The notes under the pieces are model-generated. The model saw only the letters and a list, made by a program, of their open reading frames with translations. It did not search any database and was not told where the DNA came from. The translations under genes were made by a program, and so were the position numbers. A stretch of 64,000 nt of DNA, from contig CAKMZV010000001.1 in the NCBI GenBank assembly GCA_929200535.1, positions 45,470 through 109,469 on the forward strand, in the 5' to 3' direction. The DNA comes from an uncultured Gammaproteobacteria bacterium. GTDB lineage: Bacteria; Pseudomonadota; Gammaproteobacteria; CAKMZV01. Positions within the stretch are counted from its first letter, which is position 1, and each line of letters begins with the position of its first letter. Positions 40,422 through 51,242 of the stretch are shown here, piece after piece.

Positions 40422-40838
40422 ATGGGAAGAATAGTAACCACAGTAAATGTTCAAAATCTGACTTCAGGAGGAAAGTCAAAGAAAATTGATGTTCTCGTTG
40501 ATACCGGAGCAAGTTATCTTACTCTTCCTTTGGCTTGGAAAGAAGATTTTGGAACATTCAATACAGAAGAAACGGTTGATTTGCAGACCGCTACTCAAGA
40601 GGTTGTGCAAGGCGTTGTGTGCGGTCCTGTCCAAATAAGGATAGAAGGTTTTAGGGCGGTTTACAATGAAGTGCTTTTTTTAGATATGAATCCTAATGGG
40701 GGTGAATATGAACCTCTACTTGGATATATTGTTTTAGAGCAGTGTGGGGTTGCCGTAGATATGATTGGACACAGATTAATTCCAGTTAAGTATATGGACC
40801 TTAAAACAGCTCTAACAAAGCACTCCAGCGGAAGCTAA
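40422..40838 (+). CDS. Retropepsin-like (clan AA) aspartic protease domain protein
   Basis: 138 aa; VLVDTGASYLTLP catalytic D-T-G-A motif, size of single-domain bacterial retropepsin-like proteins. Confidence 0.6.
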   Translation: MGRIVTTVNVQNLTSGGKSKKIDVLVDTGASYLTLPLAWKEDFGTFNTEETVDLQTATQEVVQGVVCGPVQIRIEGFRAVYNEVLFLDMNPNGGEYEPLLGYIVLEQCGVAVDMIGHRLIPVKYMDLKTALTKHSSGS

Positions 40839-40911
40839 CGCACCGCTGAGTTTGGGCGTTATACATAAATGAAAACTGAAAAATAATCTGCGAAAATCTG
40901 TGAATTAAAAA

Positions 40912-42408
40912 TCAGTTCATCGTTGGCATAGAAAACTCAATGCCCTCACGGACTCCAGCAGAAGGCCAACGTTGGGTGATTGTTTTGCGTTTGGTATAAA
41001 AACGTACTGAGTCTGGACCATAAGCGTGTAAATCACCAAAAAGCGAGCGTTTCCAACCGCCAAAACTGTGATAGGCAACGGGTACTGGTAAAGGAACATT
41101 AATGCCGACCATACCAACTTGTATATGATCAGAAAAATAGCGTGCTGCCTCTCCATCACGAGTAAAAATACAGGTGCCATTGCCATATTCGTGGGCATCA
41201 ATTAAATCCATTGCCTCTTGCATTGTTTTGACTCTGATAACTTGTAGGACTGGTCCAAAAATTTCTTCTTTATAACTGCTCATATCCGCAGTCACATTAT
41301 CAAGCAGTGTGCCGCCAACATAAAAACCATCTTCATAGCCTTTAACTTTAGGATTTCTACCATCAACGACCACCGTTGCCCCTTGTTTTTCGGCACTCTC
41401 AATATAGCCCTCAACTTTTTCTTGATGTTGTTTTGTAATCACTGGACCAAAGTCATTGCTACTGTCACTAAAGGCTCCAACTTTGAGATCGCTCATTCCT
41501 GTAGCCAGTTTTTCAACTAATAAATTAGCAACCGCATCGCCTACTGCAACCACAACCGATAAAGCCATACAACGTTCGCCCGAGGAGCCAAAGGCAGCAC
41601 CAAGCAATTGATTGACCGCATTATCAACATCCGCATCCGGCATTACTATCGCATGATTTTTTGCCCCACCCAGAGCTTGCACGCGCTTACCATTGGCATT
41701 TGCTTGAGTATAAATATATTCGGCAATAGGGGTTGAGCCCACAAAACTGACCGCCTTAATTCGAGCATCCGATAATAAAGTATCGACTGCCACTTTATCA
41801 CCATTGACGACATTCATCACTCCATCAGGTAAGCCTGCTTGTTTTAATAAATCGGCAATAAACAAGGCTGCACTTGGATCTCTCTCAGAAGGTTTTAGAA
41901 TAAAACAATTGCCACAAACAATTGCCATTGGGAACATCCATAGGGGAACCATCGCTGGAAAGTTAAAGGGCGTAATTCCGGCAACAACACCCAGAGGTTG
42001 AAATTCACTCCATGAGTCAATATTTGGACCAACATTTTTGCTATGCTCTCCCTTTAATAGCTCGGGTGCTCCACAGGCATATTCAACATTTTCAATACCG
42101 CGCTGTAATTCCCCCATTGCATCGTGGGCAATTTTGCCATGCTCTTCACCAATTAATTGACAAATTTTTTCAGCATTTTTTTCCAATAGTTCTTTGTAGC
42201 GAAACATCACTCTCGCTCTTTTAATAGCAGGCGTATTACGCCAAGCAGGATAGGCTGCTTGGGCATAAGTAATCGCTTGTTCAACAAGCTCTTTAGAGGC
42301 TAATAAAACCTCTTTTTCTGCTTGCCCAGTTGTTGGGTTATATACCGCTTGTGTACGATCATTATTCGTACATATCTCACCATTAATAAAATGCCCGATA
42401 GTTTTCAT
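40912..42408 (-). CDS. mmsA: Methylmalonate-semialdehyde / malonate-semialdehyde dehydrogenase (CoA-acylating)
   Basis: 498 aa aldehyde dehydrogenase; MmsA-type catalytic segment GERCMALS; clustered with pyrimidine reductive catabolism genes. Confidence 0.8.
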   Translation of the reverse strand: MKTIGHFINGEICTNNDRTQAVYNPTTGQAEKEVLLASKELVEQAITYAQAAYPAWRNTPAIKRARVMFRYKELLEKNAEKICQLIGEEHGKIAHDAMGELQRGIENVEYACGAPELLKGEHSKNVGPNIDSWSEFQPLGVVAGITPFNFPAMVPLWMFPMAIVCGNCFILKPSERDPSAALFIADLLKQAGLPDGVMNVVNGDKVAVDTLLSDARIKAVSFVGSTPIAEYIYTQANANGKRVQALGGAKNHAIVMPDADVDNAVNQLLGAAFGSSGERCMALSVVVAVGDAVANLLVEKLATGMSDLKVGAFSDSSNDFGPVITKQHQEKVEGYIESAEKQGATVVVDGRNPKVKGYEDGFYVGGTLLDNVTADMSSYKEEIFGPVLQVIRVKTMQEAMDLIDAHEYGNGTCIFTRDGEAARYFSDHIQVGMVGINVPLPVPVAYHSFGGWKRSLFGDLHAYGPDSVRFYTKRKTITQRWPSAGVREGIEFSMPTMN

Positions 42409-42449
42409 AAATCCTCTTTATCGTTTTACAATATAAAATTTTCAATCTT

Positions 42450-43736
42450 TCACTCAATATTTTTGCTTTTGAAATCGACCTCGAAAGTGTTGCCATTTAA
42501 GTTCAAATGGCTCACTAATGGCTTGGCTTTTGCCACTATTTCACCAAATCGAAAAACATACAGCCTAATTGCCTTAAGGCGAATAGCTTCGATTGAGTCT
42601 GATGCCTGTAGAATAATTATATTTGCATCGTTGCCTTTTTGTATGCCATAGCCATCAAGTTGCATTACTTTTGCCGAATGGGTTGTGATTGTTTCATACA
42701 TATAACGCATTTCTTCAAGAGCGGTCATCTGTTGGCTATGAATTGCCATATTTGCTACCGCAAGCATATCATGAGAGCCTAAACTATACCAAGGGTCCAT
42801 CACGCAATCATGCCCAAGAGAAACATTAATATCAAAATCACGCATCTCACGGATTCTCGTCATACCTCTTCTTTTAGGGTAGTTGTCATGGCGACCTTGC
42901 AAAGAAATATTGATCAAAGGATTGGCAACAACATTAACATCTGCCTCAGCCATAAGCGGTAATAATTTACTCACATAGTAGTTATCCATAGAGTGCATTG
43001 AAGTCAAATGCGAGCCAGTAACTCGACCTTGTAATCCCAGACGATGTGTTTCATAGGTTAGGGCTTCAATATGTCGTGAAAGCGGGTCATCGGATTCATC
43101 ACAATGCATATCAACCAACAACCCTCTATCAGCAGCCAATTCACATAATGTGGTAATGGAGCGAGTTCCTTCACTCATCGTGCGTTCAAAATGTGGAATC
43201 CCACCTACCACTTCAACCCCCATATCTATCGCCTTAAGCAAATTTTTCTCTGCACCTTCTGAGCGATACAATCCATCTTGAGGAAAGGCAACTAATTGTA
43301 AAGTGAGCCAAGGAGCTATTTCTTTTTTAACTTCTAACAATGCCTCAACGGTAATTAATCTTGAGTCGGTAATATCGACGTGGCTACGAATCGCTTGAAT
43401 GCCTTGAGCTATTGACCATCGGCACATAGCCAACGCTCTTTTTTTTACCTCTTCGGCTGTTAACAAAGGGCGTAATTCACCCCAAAGTTGAATGCCTTCT
43501 AATAGAGTACCACTCTCATTCATCCGTGGATTGCCCAGACTTAAGGCGGCATCTAAATGAAAATGAGTATCAATAAATGGGGGAGAAATTAAACAGCCTT
43601 TGGCATCTATCGTTTGTCTTGAATTAATTTTTAATTCCTTACCAATTTCGACTATTTTTCCTTTATCAATCGCTATATCGATTTGTTGTTGCCCATCAAT
43701 TAAATTGCCCTGGCGAATAATTGTGTCTATCGTCAT
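42450..43736 (-). CDS. Cytosine deaminase-like amidohydrolase (CodA family)
   Basis: 428 aa; metal-binding PFIDTHFHLD motif, amidohydrolase fold, CodA-like length. Confidence 0.65.
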   Translation of the reverse strand: MTIDTIIRQGNLIDGQQQIDIAIDKGKIVEIGKELKINSRQTIDAKGCLISPPFIDTHFHLDAALSLGNPRMNESGTLLEGIQLWGELRPLLTAEEVKKRALAMCRWSIAQGIQAIRSHVDITDSRLITVEALLEVKKEIAPWLTLQLVAFPQDGLYRSEGAEKNLLKAIDMGVEVVGGIPHFERTMSEGTRSITTLCELAADRGLLVDMHCDESDDPLSRHIEALTYETHRLGLQGRVTGSHLTSMHSMDNYYVSKLLPLMAEADVNVVANPLINISLQGRHDNYPKRRGMTRIREMRDFDINVSLGHDCVMDPWYSLGSHDMLAVANMAIHSQQMTALEEMRYMYETITTHSAKVMQLDGYGIQKGNDANIIILQASDSIEAIRLKAIRLYVFRFGEIVAKAKPLVSHLNLNGNTFEVDFKSKNIE

Positions 43737-44716
43737 ATTCTTTCTCCTTTTCTAAAGGGTACCAATAATGCTCTCGGATAACGAGCCTTTCGAGCAACAA
43801 TAATCATTGCCACAATGGACATAATATAGGGTAGCATTAGGAAAAATTGATAAGGGATAACATCGCCACTAAATTGTTGCACGCGCACCTGTAACGCTTC
43901 GAGACCGGCAAAAATAAAAGCTCCAAATAATGCTTTACCTGGTTTCCAAGAGGCAAAAATAACGAGTGCTACGGCAATCCATCCGCGACCATTAATCATC
44001 CCAAAATAAAAGGCATCAAAAGCAGACATCGTTAAAAACGCACCACCAACTGCCATAAATCCACTACCAATCATTACCGCAAATGTACGCACTCGCAAAA
44101 CATTAATTCCTTGAGCCTCCACTGCCACCGGACATTCCCCTGCCATCCTAACCGCAAGCCCAGCTGGAGTACGATAAAGAACGTACCACACAATCGGTAC
44201 CAGCAATAAGGCGAAATAGGTAAGCGGTGTTTGATTGAATAATGCCTCACCAAACACCGGGATTTCCGCAAGAAAGGGAATAGCGTAATTCTCAAATGGA
44301 ACAATTTTTGGTGGCGTAGTAGCCGAGGGCAATAACAAGCGATAAGCATAGTAGCTCAAGGAGGCTGCAAATAGTGTAATGCCTATTCCTGTTACGTGCT
44401 GTGATAATCCAGCATAGACTGTAAAACAACTATGAATAAAGCCAAAAACAGCACCGATGAAAAAGGCAAAAAGAACGCCTGTCCATAAATCACCACCTTG
44501 GTAAACCCACATCCAACCGCACATAGCCCCCATTGTCATAATCCCCTCAATACCAAGGTTTAATACGCCGGCACGCTCGCAAATTAACTCACCCAAAGTA
44601 GCTAAAATTAATGGACTCACAATCCGAATAGTGGCAGCCCAAAATCCAGTCGTTAATAAAAGTTCTAATATTTCCATCTTATTTAAAACGAAGACGATAT
44701 TGGGTAAACATAACAC
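43733..44716 (-). CDS. ABC transporter permease (BMP/nucleoside-type, NupQ-like)
   Basis: 327 aa polytopic permease, overlapping start/stop with neighbouring permease. Confidence 0.8.
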   Translation of the reverse strand: MLCLPNIVFVLNKMEILELLLTTGFWAATIRIVSPLILATLGELICERAGVLNLGIEGIMTMGAMCGWMWVYQGGDLWTGVLFAFFIGAVFGFIHSCFTVYAGLSQHVTGIGITLFAASLSYYAYRLLLPSATTPPKIVPFENYAIPFLAEIPVFGEALFNQTPLTYFALLLVPIVWYVLYRTPAGLAVRMAGECPVAVEAQGINVLRVRTFAVMIGSGFMAVGGAFLTMSAFDAFYFGMINGRGWIAVALVIFASWKPGKALFGAFIFAGLEALQVRVQQFSGDVIPYQFFLMLPYIMSIVAMIIVARKARYPRALLVPFRKGERI

Positions 44717-45728
44717 TCACTAACACACATAATACCGAAACACCAACAATAACATCTGCCAAATAGGCAGGAATATTTAATACTCGACTCATTGAATCTG
44801 CCCCCACATACACTACCGATATAAAAAATGCCGAAATAACAACACCTATTGGATTGAGCTGAGCTAACATCGCAACCACTATTCCCGTATAGCCAAACCC
44901 TGGCGATAAATCTAAGGTAAGATAGCCCTTTAAACCGGCAACTTCACTCACCCCTGCAAGCCCTGCCAATCCACCACTAATAAGCGAAACTTTGATGATT
45001 GTCATATTCACAGGAATACCAAAAAAATTAGAGGCTTGTAGGTTTAAACCGACGGCACGACTGGCATAACCAAAGGTAGTAAAACGCATTACTATCCACG
45101 TAATAACGGCGGCAATCAATGCAAATATGAGCCCCAAATGTACTCTGCTTTTTTCAAACAGGGGTGGAAATACTCCCTCGTCAATAATTGAGGCTGTTTG
45201 TGGCCAGCCCAACGAAGCAGGGTCTTTCATTGGTCCTTCAATAAGATAGCTGACCATCAATAAAACAATAAAGTTTAATAGTAAGGTGGTAACCACCTCA
45301 TCAACTTTTAAATGTGTCTTAAGTAGGACCGGAACAATAAGAAGCAACCCACCTGCTATTACCCCACAAAGCATCAGTAATGGAATCATCGCTATGGGTG
45401 GCAAGGTAATCATCCCACTACCAATATAAACGGCTGCCAAGGCCCCACAATACAATTGCCCTTCACACCCTATATTATAAAATTTTGACCTAAAGGCTAC
45501 TGCCACTGCTAAGCCAGTAAAAATAAGCGGAATGGAGCGACTCAATGTTTCCATAATGGCAAAGCGTGAACCTAAGCCACCATTAAGTAATGCCCCGTAA
45601 GCCGTGAATACTGGGGCGTCTGCCCAAATGATTAATACTGAACAGAGCGATAATGCAACAATCATTGCAAATAATGGTGCAAACAACACTAACCAAAACG
45701 GGGTATTTGTTCTAACTTCTAATTGCAT
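44679..45728 (-). CDS. ABC transporter permease (BMP/nucleoside-type, NupP-like)
   Basis: 349 aa polytopic permease. Confidence 0.8.
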   Translation of the reverse strand: MQLEVRTNTPFWLVLFAPLFAMIVALSLCSVLIIWADAPVFTAYGALLNGGLGSRFAIMETLSRSIPLIFTGLAVAVAFRSKFYNIGCEGQLYCGALAAVYIGSGMITLPPIAMIPLLMLCGVIAGGLLLIVPVLLKTHLKVDEVVTTLLLNFIVLLMVSYLIEGPMKDPASLGWPQTASIIDEGVFPPLFEKSRVHLGLIFALIAAVITWIVMRFTTFGYASRAVGLNLQASNFFGIPVNMTIIKVSLISGGLAGLAGVSEVAGLKGYLTLDLSPGFGYTGIVVAMLAQLNPIGVVISAFFISVVYVGADSMSRVLNIPAYLADVIVGVSVLCVLVSVMFTQYRLRFK

Positions 45729-45740
45729 ATTTTAAACTTT

Positions 45741-47270
45741 TTAATTTATGGAGGTATTATCGGTACCTAATTGCCCTGCCATCATCAAACCAATCTCCGA
45801 AATGCTTTTTGACTCGGCTTTAAATACCTTGCTAATGTAGCCATCACACATCACCATTAAATCATCACACATCGTTAATAACTCATCTATGTCGGTAGAA
45901 ATTAACAATATACCAGCACCTCTATTGCGTGCGTCCATTAATTGGGTTTGTACATAAGCTATTGAACCCTCATCCAATCCTCGAACCGGTTGATTGGCAA
46001 CAATAAACCCAGGATTTTGAGTAAGAGTTCGTGCTAAAATCAATTTTTGAATGTTTCCACCCGATAATAAATTAGCCTGTGCATTGGTGCCTGAACAACG
46101 TATATCAAAATCATCAATCAATTGCTCACTGTGTTGGATTGCAGATTTTTTATCGATGCAACAACCAAAATGTGTCATCTGATTTAGACTTAACCTTTCA
46201 CCAATGAGATTTTCCCATAGTTTCATTTCCCCAACAATGCCTTCAGTATGGCGATCTTCAGGAATACGGGCAACCCCTTGGCGTATCATAGATAGTGGAC
46301 TGTTTTTTTCTATTGTATTACCAAACAAATTCATCGTCCCAGAGTTATGTTGTATCATACCCGATAACAAACGGGCTAATTGTAACTGACCATTTCCTGA
46401 AACGCCGACAATACCAAGAATTTGGTGCGAACGAACTTGTAAGGTTATATTATGTAATTGCACCGAGCTTTCACCTTTTTCCCCAACGGTTGAAATATTG
46501 TCAAGCTCGACAACAATATCGCCGTATTGCTGATTTTTTTTGCTCGGATAACTCACCTTGTGCCCAACCATCATCTCACTGAGGATATTTTTATCCGCTT
46601 CTTTTGTCAGCACCTCTCCCACTAATTTACCTCTTCTTAACACTGCCACACGATCGGTAACAGAAAGAATTTCGTGGAGTTTATGAGTAATAAAAATAAT
46701 GGTAAGCCCCTTTTTTGATAAATCTTTAAGGGATGAAAAAAGCTTTTCTGTTTCTTGAGGAGTTAAGACTGCCGTGGGTTCATCGAGGATTAAGATTTTC
46801 ACATCTCGATAAATTGCCTTAAGAATTTCGACTCGTTGACGCTCACCAACCGTCAATTCACTCACTTGTTTTTGAGCATCAATTTCTAAACCAAACTCAT
46901 GAGATAGGTTCTCAAGGCGTTTGCTTGCTTTTGCTCTATCTTGTCGCCATGCGAATAGACTTTCTGTGCCAAGCACAATATTTTCCATAACGCTAAGATT
47001 ATCTGCCAGCGTAAAATGTTGGTGAACCATACCAATTCCAGCGTTGATTGCTGCCTCAGTATGGTTCGGTAAAATTTCACCATTGACCTTTATCCAACCT
47101 TCATCAGCCGAGTAATGACCAAATAAGATATTCATTAATGTGGTTTTGCCAGCTCCGTTTTCACCTAACAAAGCAACTATCTCACCCGCATCAAGAGCGA
47201 GTGAGATATTCTCATTAGCTAACAAGTTGCCAAAACGCTTGCTAATATTATTAAGTTCAAGTACTGGCAC
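45741..47270 (-). CDS. ABC transporter ATP-binding protein, duplicated ATPase (sugar/nucleoside type)
   Basis: 509 aa with two ABC cassettes (GENGAGKTT ... and second domain GVSGNGQ). Confidence 0.85.
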   Translation of the reverse strand: MPVLELNNISKRFGNLLANENISLALDAGEIVALLGENGAGKTTLMNILFGHYSADEGWIKVNGEILPNHTEAAINAGIGMVHQHFTLADNLSVMENIVLGTESLFAWRQDRAKASKRLENLSHEFGLEIDAQKQVSELTVGERQRVEILKAIYRDVKILILDEPTAVLTPQETEKLFSSLKDLSKKGLTIIFITHKLHEILSVTDRVAVLRRGKLVGEVLTKEADKNILSEMMVGHKVSYPSKKNQQYGDIVVELDNISTVGEKGESSVQLHNITLQVRSHQILGIVGVSGNGQLQLARLLSGMIQHNSGTMNLFGNTIEKNSPLSMIRQGVARIPEDRHTEGIVGEMKLWENLIGERLSLNQMTHFGCCIDKKSAIQHSEQLIDDFDIRCSGTNAQANLLSGGNIQKLILARTLTQNPGFIVANQPVRGLDEGSIAYVQTQLMDARNRGAGILLISTDIDELLTMCDDLMVMCDGYISKVFKAESKSISEIGLMMAGQLGTDNTSIN

Positions 47271-47287
47271 AAGACGATAAATTTATA

Positions 47288-47325
47288 TAAAGACTATCTC
47301 CCACGTAGGAGCGTGGGAGCAAGAA
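47288..47325. repeat. REP-like hairpin (tctcccacgtaggagcgtgggagcaagaag)
   Basis: Inverted repeat ctcccacg/cgtgggag around taggag; same family as 22905-22945; sits between SBP gene and ABC ATPase gene. Confidence 0.5.
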
Positions 47326-47345
47326 GGTAAAAAAAACATCCATTA

Positions 47346-48347
47346 TTAGTAAGTTGATTTAGGTTGCTCGTCATTAATATTGACCACAAACTTGCCACTT
47401 AAAATTTCTTTTTCAAGTTGCTTTACTTTCTTCTTAACCGCTGGTGCAATTTTATTTTCAAACTCATAATAAGGAGCCAAAGACGCACCTCCTTTTTGCA
47501 TCATTGTCCATTCCTTATAATTCTCAGCCTTGTAAGTTCCTGCTTTAACTTGCTCAATAGCATAGTCAATAGCATTATACATATGCCATAATGCAGAGGT
47601 TACAACAACATCCTTGCCATTTTCTTCTTTGTTCATATCATTCACATTACCAAAAGCAAGAACCCCTTTAGTTCTGGCAGCATCAACTACGCCAGCACGC
47701 TCGGCATAAAGGACATCAACCCCTGCCTCAATTTGTGCAAAAGCGGCTTCTTTCGCTTTAGGTGGGTCAAACCAAGAACCAATAAAAGTAACTTTAAATT
47801 CCGTCTTAGGGTTAGAAGCGCGCGCACCCTCTATAAAAGAATGAAATAAACGATTTACCTCACCAATGGGATAGCCACCGACCATTCCTATTTTATTGCT
47901 TTTAGTCATAGAGCCTGCAATATACCCCATCAAGTAAGTAGCCTCATGAATATAGTTATCAAAAACCGAAAAGTTCTTGCCATGAGGTTTGAATGGATCG
48001 CCCATAAGAAAAGCAACTTTAGGATAATCATCCGCTACCTTACGAGCTTCTTTACTTATACCAAAGGCCTCTCCAACAACAAGCTGTACTCCGCTCTCAG
48101 CATATTCACGGAGAACACGAACATAGTCAGTATTAGGCACTTTTTCCGAAAAAACATACTCAATTTTCCCGTCTTTTTCAGCCTTTACTAACGCCTCATG
48201 CAAACGAGCATCCCATTTTTGTTGAATAGGTTGCGTATAAATACCGGCAACCTTAATTTTTCCCGCAAAAACAGACGGCACCAATCCCATAAACGCAACA
48301 AATGAGACTAACAACATTACTACTTTTTTTACTATTGATATTTTCAT
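47346..48347 (-). CDS. BMP-family ABC transporter substrate-binding lipoprotein (nucleoside-binding, PnrA/Med-like)
   Basis: 333 aa, signal peptide, BMP family fold motifs (GxxDxxF, VGEAFG). Confidence 0.8.
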   Translation of the reverse strand: MKISIVKKVVMLLVSFVAFMGLVPSVFAGKIKVAGIYTQPIQQKWDARLHEALVKAEKDGKIEYVFSEKVPNTDYVRVLREYAESGVQLVVGEAFGISKEARKVADDYPKVAFLMGDPFKPHGKNFSVFDNYIHEATYLMGYIAGSMTKSNKIGMVGGYPIGEVNRLFHSFIEGARASNPKTEFKVTFIGSWFDPPKAKEAAFAQIEAGVDVLYAERAGVVDAARTKGVLAFGNVNDMNKEENGKDVVVTSALWHMYNAIDYAIEQVKAGTYKAENYKEWTMMQKGGASLAPYYEFENKIAPAVKKKVKQLEKEILSGKFVVNINDEQPKSTY

Positions 48348-48387
48348 ACTACTCTCCTATAAATTAAAAGCAAAACAATAAAAAGGT

Positions 48388-49830
48388 TTACTTATTGACC
48401 CTATTTAAAATAACATAAATAACTGCCCCTATAAGAAAACCAGTAAACCAACCATAATCATATAAGCCTCTTAACAAATTACCTTGGTCTTGAAAAGTAC
48501 CAAGTATTGCCAAAATGACTGGCACTCCCCAAGCAATAATCCCATTAAGATTGTATCCACTATGAACTCCTTGAGATTTATAAAGAGATGTAACTTCAAG
48601 TTCTTGCTTTTTGACAATGAAAAAATCAGCTATCATAATTCCAGCAACTGGACCAAGTAGGCTGGAGTAGCCCAATAACCAATTAGCATATCTTCCTTCA
48701 AGACCATCGCCACTCACAATACCAGCAACACGCATTAAGTCCCATGCCATCAATAAAATACCAACGAGACCCGTCATTAATACACCTCTGCGTCTGTCAA
48801 TCAATTTTGCTGATATATTTTGAAAATCATTGGTTGGTGAAACAATGTTGGCAGCGGTATTGGTAGAAATAGTCGCAAGGATAATCATTATCATTAAGAT
48901 AACAACCACAAATCCACTTTCGAGTTTTCCAATCAACGTCACTGGATCTGCAATCGCTTCACCAAATATACTCACGCTCGCACCAGTCATAATAACACCA
49001 AGAGCAGAGAATAAAAACATAGTCACCGGTAGCCCAATAATTTGCCCGTGTATTTGTGCTTTTTGGCTTTCAGCGAAGCGACTAAAATCAGGTATATTGA
49101 GTGCTAATGTTGCCCAAAATCCGACCATCGCCGTTAGAGCAGCAAAGAAATACCCAAAAAAACCAGCATCTTCAGGACGATTAGCTGGAGCTCCAAAAAC
49201 CTGCCCTAAATCAGCAACACTACTCCCCCAGTAAAGTAAAACCGCACTAACAATTAGTAACAGTGGAGCAGACACTGTCTCTAATATCTTGATTGACTCA
49301 GAACCTTTTAAAACCACATAAATATTTAATGTCCAAAATATAAAAAAACCAATCACCTGACCATAACCGCCAAGGTTTTCCCAACCAGGGATGAGGTTAT
49401 CAAAAAGAATATCTATCGCAAGACCACCAAACATTGTTTGAATTCCAAACCAACCACAGGCGACAACTGCCCGTACTAAAGCAGGAATATTAGAGCCTTT
49501 TATGCCAAATGATGATCTCAGCAAGACTGGAAACGGTATTCCATACTTTGTTCCTGGAATAGCATTTAGGCAAAGTGGTATCAACACAACGACATTTGCT
49601 ATAAATATCGTAAATAATGCCTCCATAACACTTAACCCAAAATAGGCTGTTAATATGCCACCCAATGTGTAGGTAGGAATACAAATAGACATACCAACCC
49701 ACAAAGAGGCGATATGCCATTTATTCCAAGTTCGTTGCTTTAATGTCGTTGGAGCAAGGTCTTCATTAAATCCCGGTTCATTTTTAATCTCCTCAATAGA
49801 GTTCAACTCATGTATATCTTCTTGCATCAT
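48388..49830 (-). CDS. NCS1-family nucleobase:cation symporter (cytosine/uracil/hydantoin/allantoin permease type)
   Basis: 480 aa, 12 TM, NCS1 signature region near TM1 (NKWHIASLWVGM). Confidence 0.8.
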   Translation of the reverse strand: MMQEDIHELNSIEEIKNEPGFNEDLAPTTLKQRTWNKWHIASLWVGMSICIPTYTLGGILTAYFGLSVMEALFTIFIANVVVLIPLCLNAIPGTKYGIPFPVLLRSSFGIKGSNIPALVRAVVACGWFGIQTMFGGLAIDILFDNLIPGWENLGGYGQVIGFFIFWTLNIYVVLKGSESIKILETVSAPLLLIVSAVLLYWGSSVADLGQVFGAPANRPEDAGFFGYFFAALTAMVGFWATLALNIPDFSRFAESQKAQIHGQIIGLPVTMFLFSALGVIMTGASVSIFGEAIADPVTLIGKLESGFVVVILMIMIILATISTNTAANIVSPTNDFQNISAKLIDRRRGVLMTGLVGILLMAWDLMRVAGIVSGDGLEGRYANWLLGYSSLLGPVAGIMIADFFIVKKQELEVTSLYKSQGVHSGYNLNGIIAWGVPVILAILGTFQDQGNLLRGLYDYGWFTGFLIGAVIYVILNRVNK

Positions 49831-49926
49831 TGCTTCTCCTTAACTTTATGTTAATAATAAAATCACTCTCAAATACTAAAAAATACTACCTCTTAAAATA
49901 TGGTCCGTCTAAAAAAGCCTAAAAAT

Positions 49927-51225
49927 TTAACTAACTTTAGCCGGATTATTAGGATGAGTCGTCCAATCAGAATGTGTATTTACTATCGGTTTACCTGTTC
50001 TCAAATCAACTCCCTCAGTTTGAGCAACCATAGTAATACAATTTTCAACAGGACAAACGCTCACACATAAATTACAACCCACACACTCCTCCTCAATGAC
50101 TTCAAAAAATCGAACACCATCTTTTTCTTTAGTAATTGCTTGGTGAGAAGTGTCTTCGCAAGCAATATGACAACGGCCACACTTTATGCAGGCATCTTGA
50201 TCAATTACCGCTTTATCAATATGATTTAAATTAAGATTTTTCCAATCAGTTACCGAAGGAACCGCACGACCCACCAAATCATTTACTGAGGCAATCCCTT
50301 TTTCATCAAGAAAGCCACTTAATCCACTTTTAAGCTCATCAACAATACGAAATCCATATACCATTGCAGCGGTGCAGACCTGAACCGTCGTTGAACCAAG
50401 TGTTATAAACTCAACAGCATCCTTCCAAGAACTAATCCCACCAATGCCTGAAATGGGCAATCCACTTGTTTTCTTATTGCGAGCAATTTCGGCAACCATA
50501 TTAAGTGCAATCGGTTTTACCGCTTCGCCACAATAACCACCATGACTACCCATACCACCTGTATTAGGATACATATTAAAGGTATCGAGATCAACTCCCA
50601 TAATGGAATTTATCGTGTTGATTAGCGAAACCGCATCGGCTTTCCCCTCTAAGGCGGCTTCCGCTATCGGTACCACATTGGTCACGTTCGGAGTTAGTTT
50701 AACGATGACTGGAAGAGAGGTTGCTTTTTTGCAAAACTCGGTACATAGTCGGACATATTCTGGCACTTGACCAACTGCAGAGCCCATTCCTCTTTCAGAC
50801 ATTCCATGCGGACAACCAAAATTTAATTCAAAACCATCTACGCCTGCTTTTTCCATTTCTGGAATCAATTCAAGCCAATATTTTTCTTCCATAGGAAACA
50901 TTGCTGAACCTATGATTACTCTATCTGGCCAATTTTTTTTAACTTGCTCAATTTCCCTAATGTTCGTCTCAAAAGAACGATCTGAGATTAATTCAATATT
51001 ATTAAAGCCAATAACCCGTCTTTCATTGCTAAGTTTAGAAGAATAACGAGGTCCATTAACATTAACAACAGGTGGGTTAACACCCAAAGTTTTCCAAACA
51101 ACTCCACCCCATCCCGCCTCAAAGGCTCTTTCGACATTGTATGCCTTATCCGTTGGTGGAGCCGATGCTAACCAAAATGGATTGGGCGACTGAATACCTA
51201 AAAAATTTGTTGTTAAATCTGCCAT
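49927..51225 (-). CDS. preA: NAD-dependent dihydropyrimidine dehydrogenase subunit PreA (DHOD-like TIM barrel plus 2x[4Fe-4S])
   Basis: 432 aa; dihydroorotate-dehydrogenase-like domain then CIKCGRCHIACED and CVGCNLCVSVCP ferredoxin motifs. Confidence 0.85.
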   Translation of the reverse strand: MADLTTNFLGIQSPNPFWLASAPPTDKAYNVERAFEAGWGGVVWKTLGVNPPVVNVNGPRYSSKLSNERRVIGFNNIELISDRSFETNIREIEQVKKNWPDRVIIGSAMFPMEEKYWLELIPEMEKAGVDGFELNFGCPHGMSERGMGSAVGQVPEYVRLCTEFCKKATSLPVIVKLTPNVTNVVPIAEAALEGKADAVSLINTINSIMGVDLDTFNMYPNTGGMGSHGGYCGEAVKPIALNMVAEIARNKKTSGLPISGIGGISSWKDAVEFITLGSTTVQVCTAAMVYGFRIVDELKSGLSGFLDEKGIASVNDLVGRAVPSVTDWKNLNLNHIDKAVIDQDACIKCGRCHIACEDTSHQAITKEKDGVRFFEVIEEECVGCNLCVSVCPVENCITMVAQTEGVDLRTGKPIVNTHSDWTTHPNNPAKVS

Positions 51226-51242
51226 TTTATTCCTCTCTTCTT

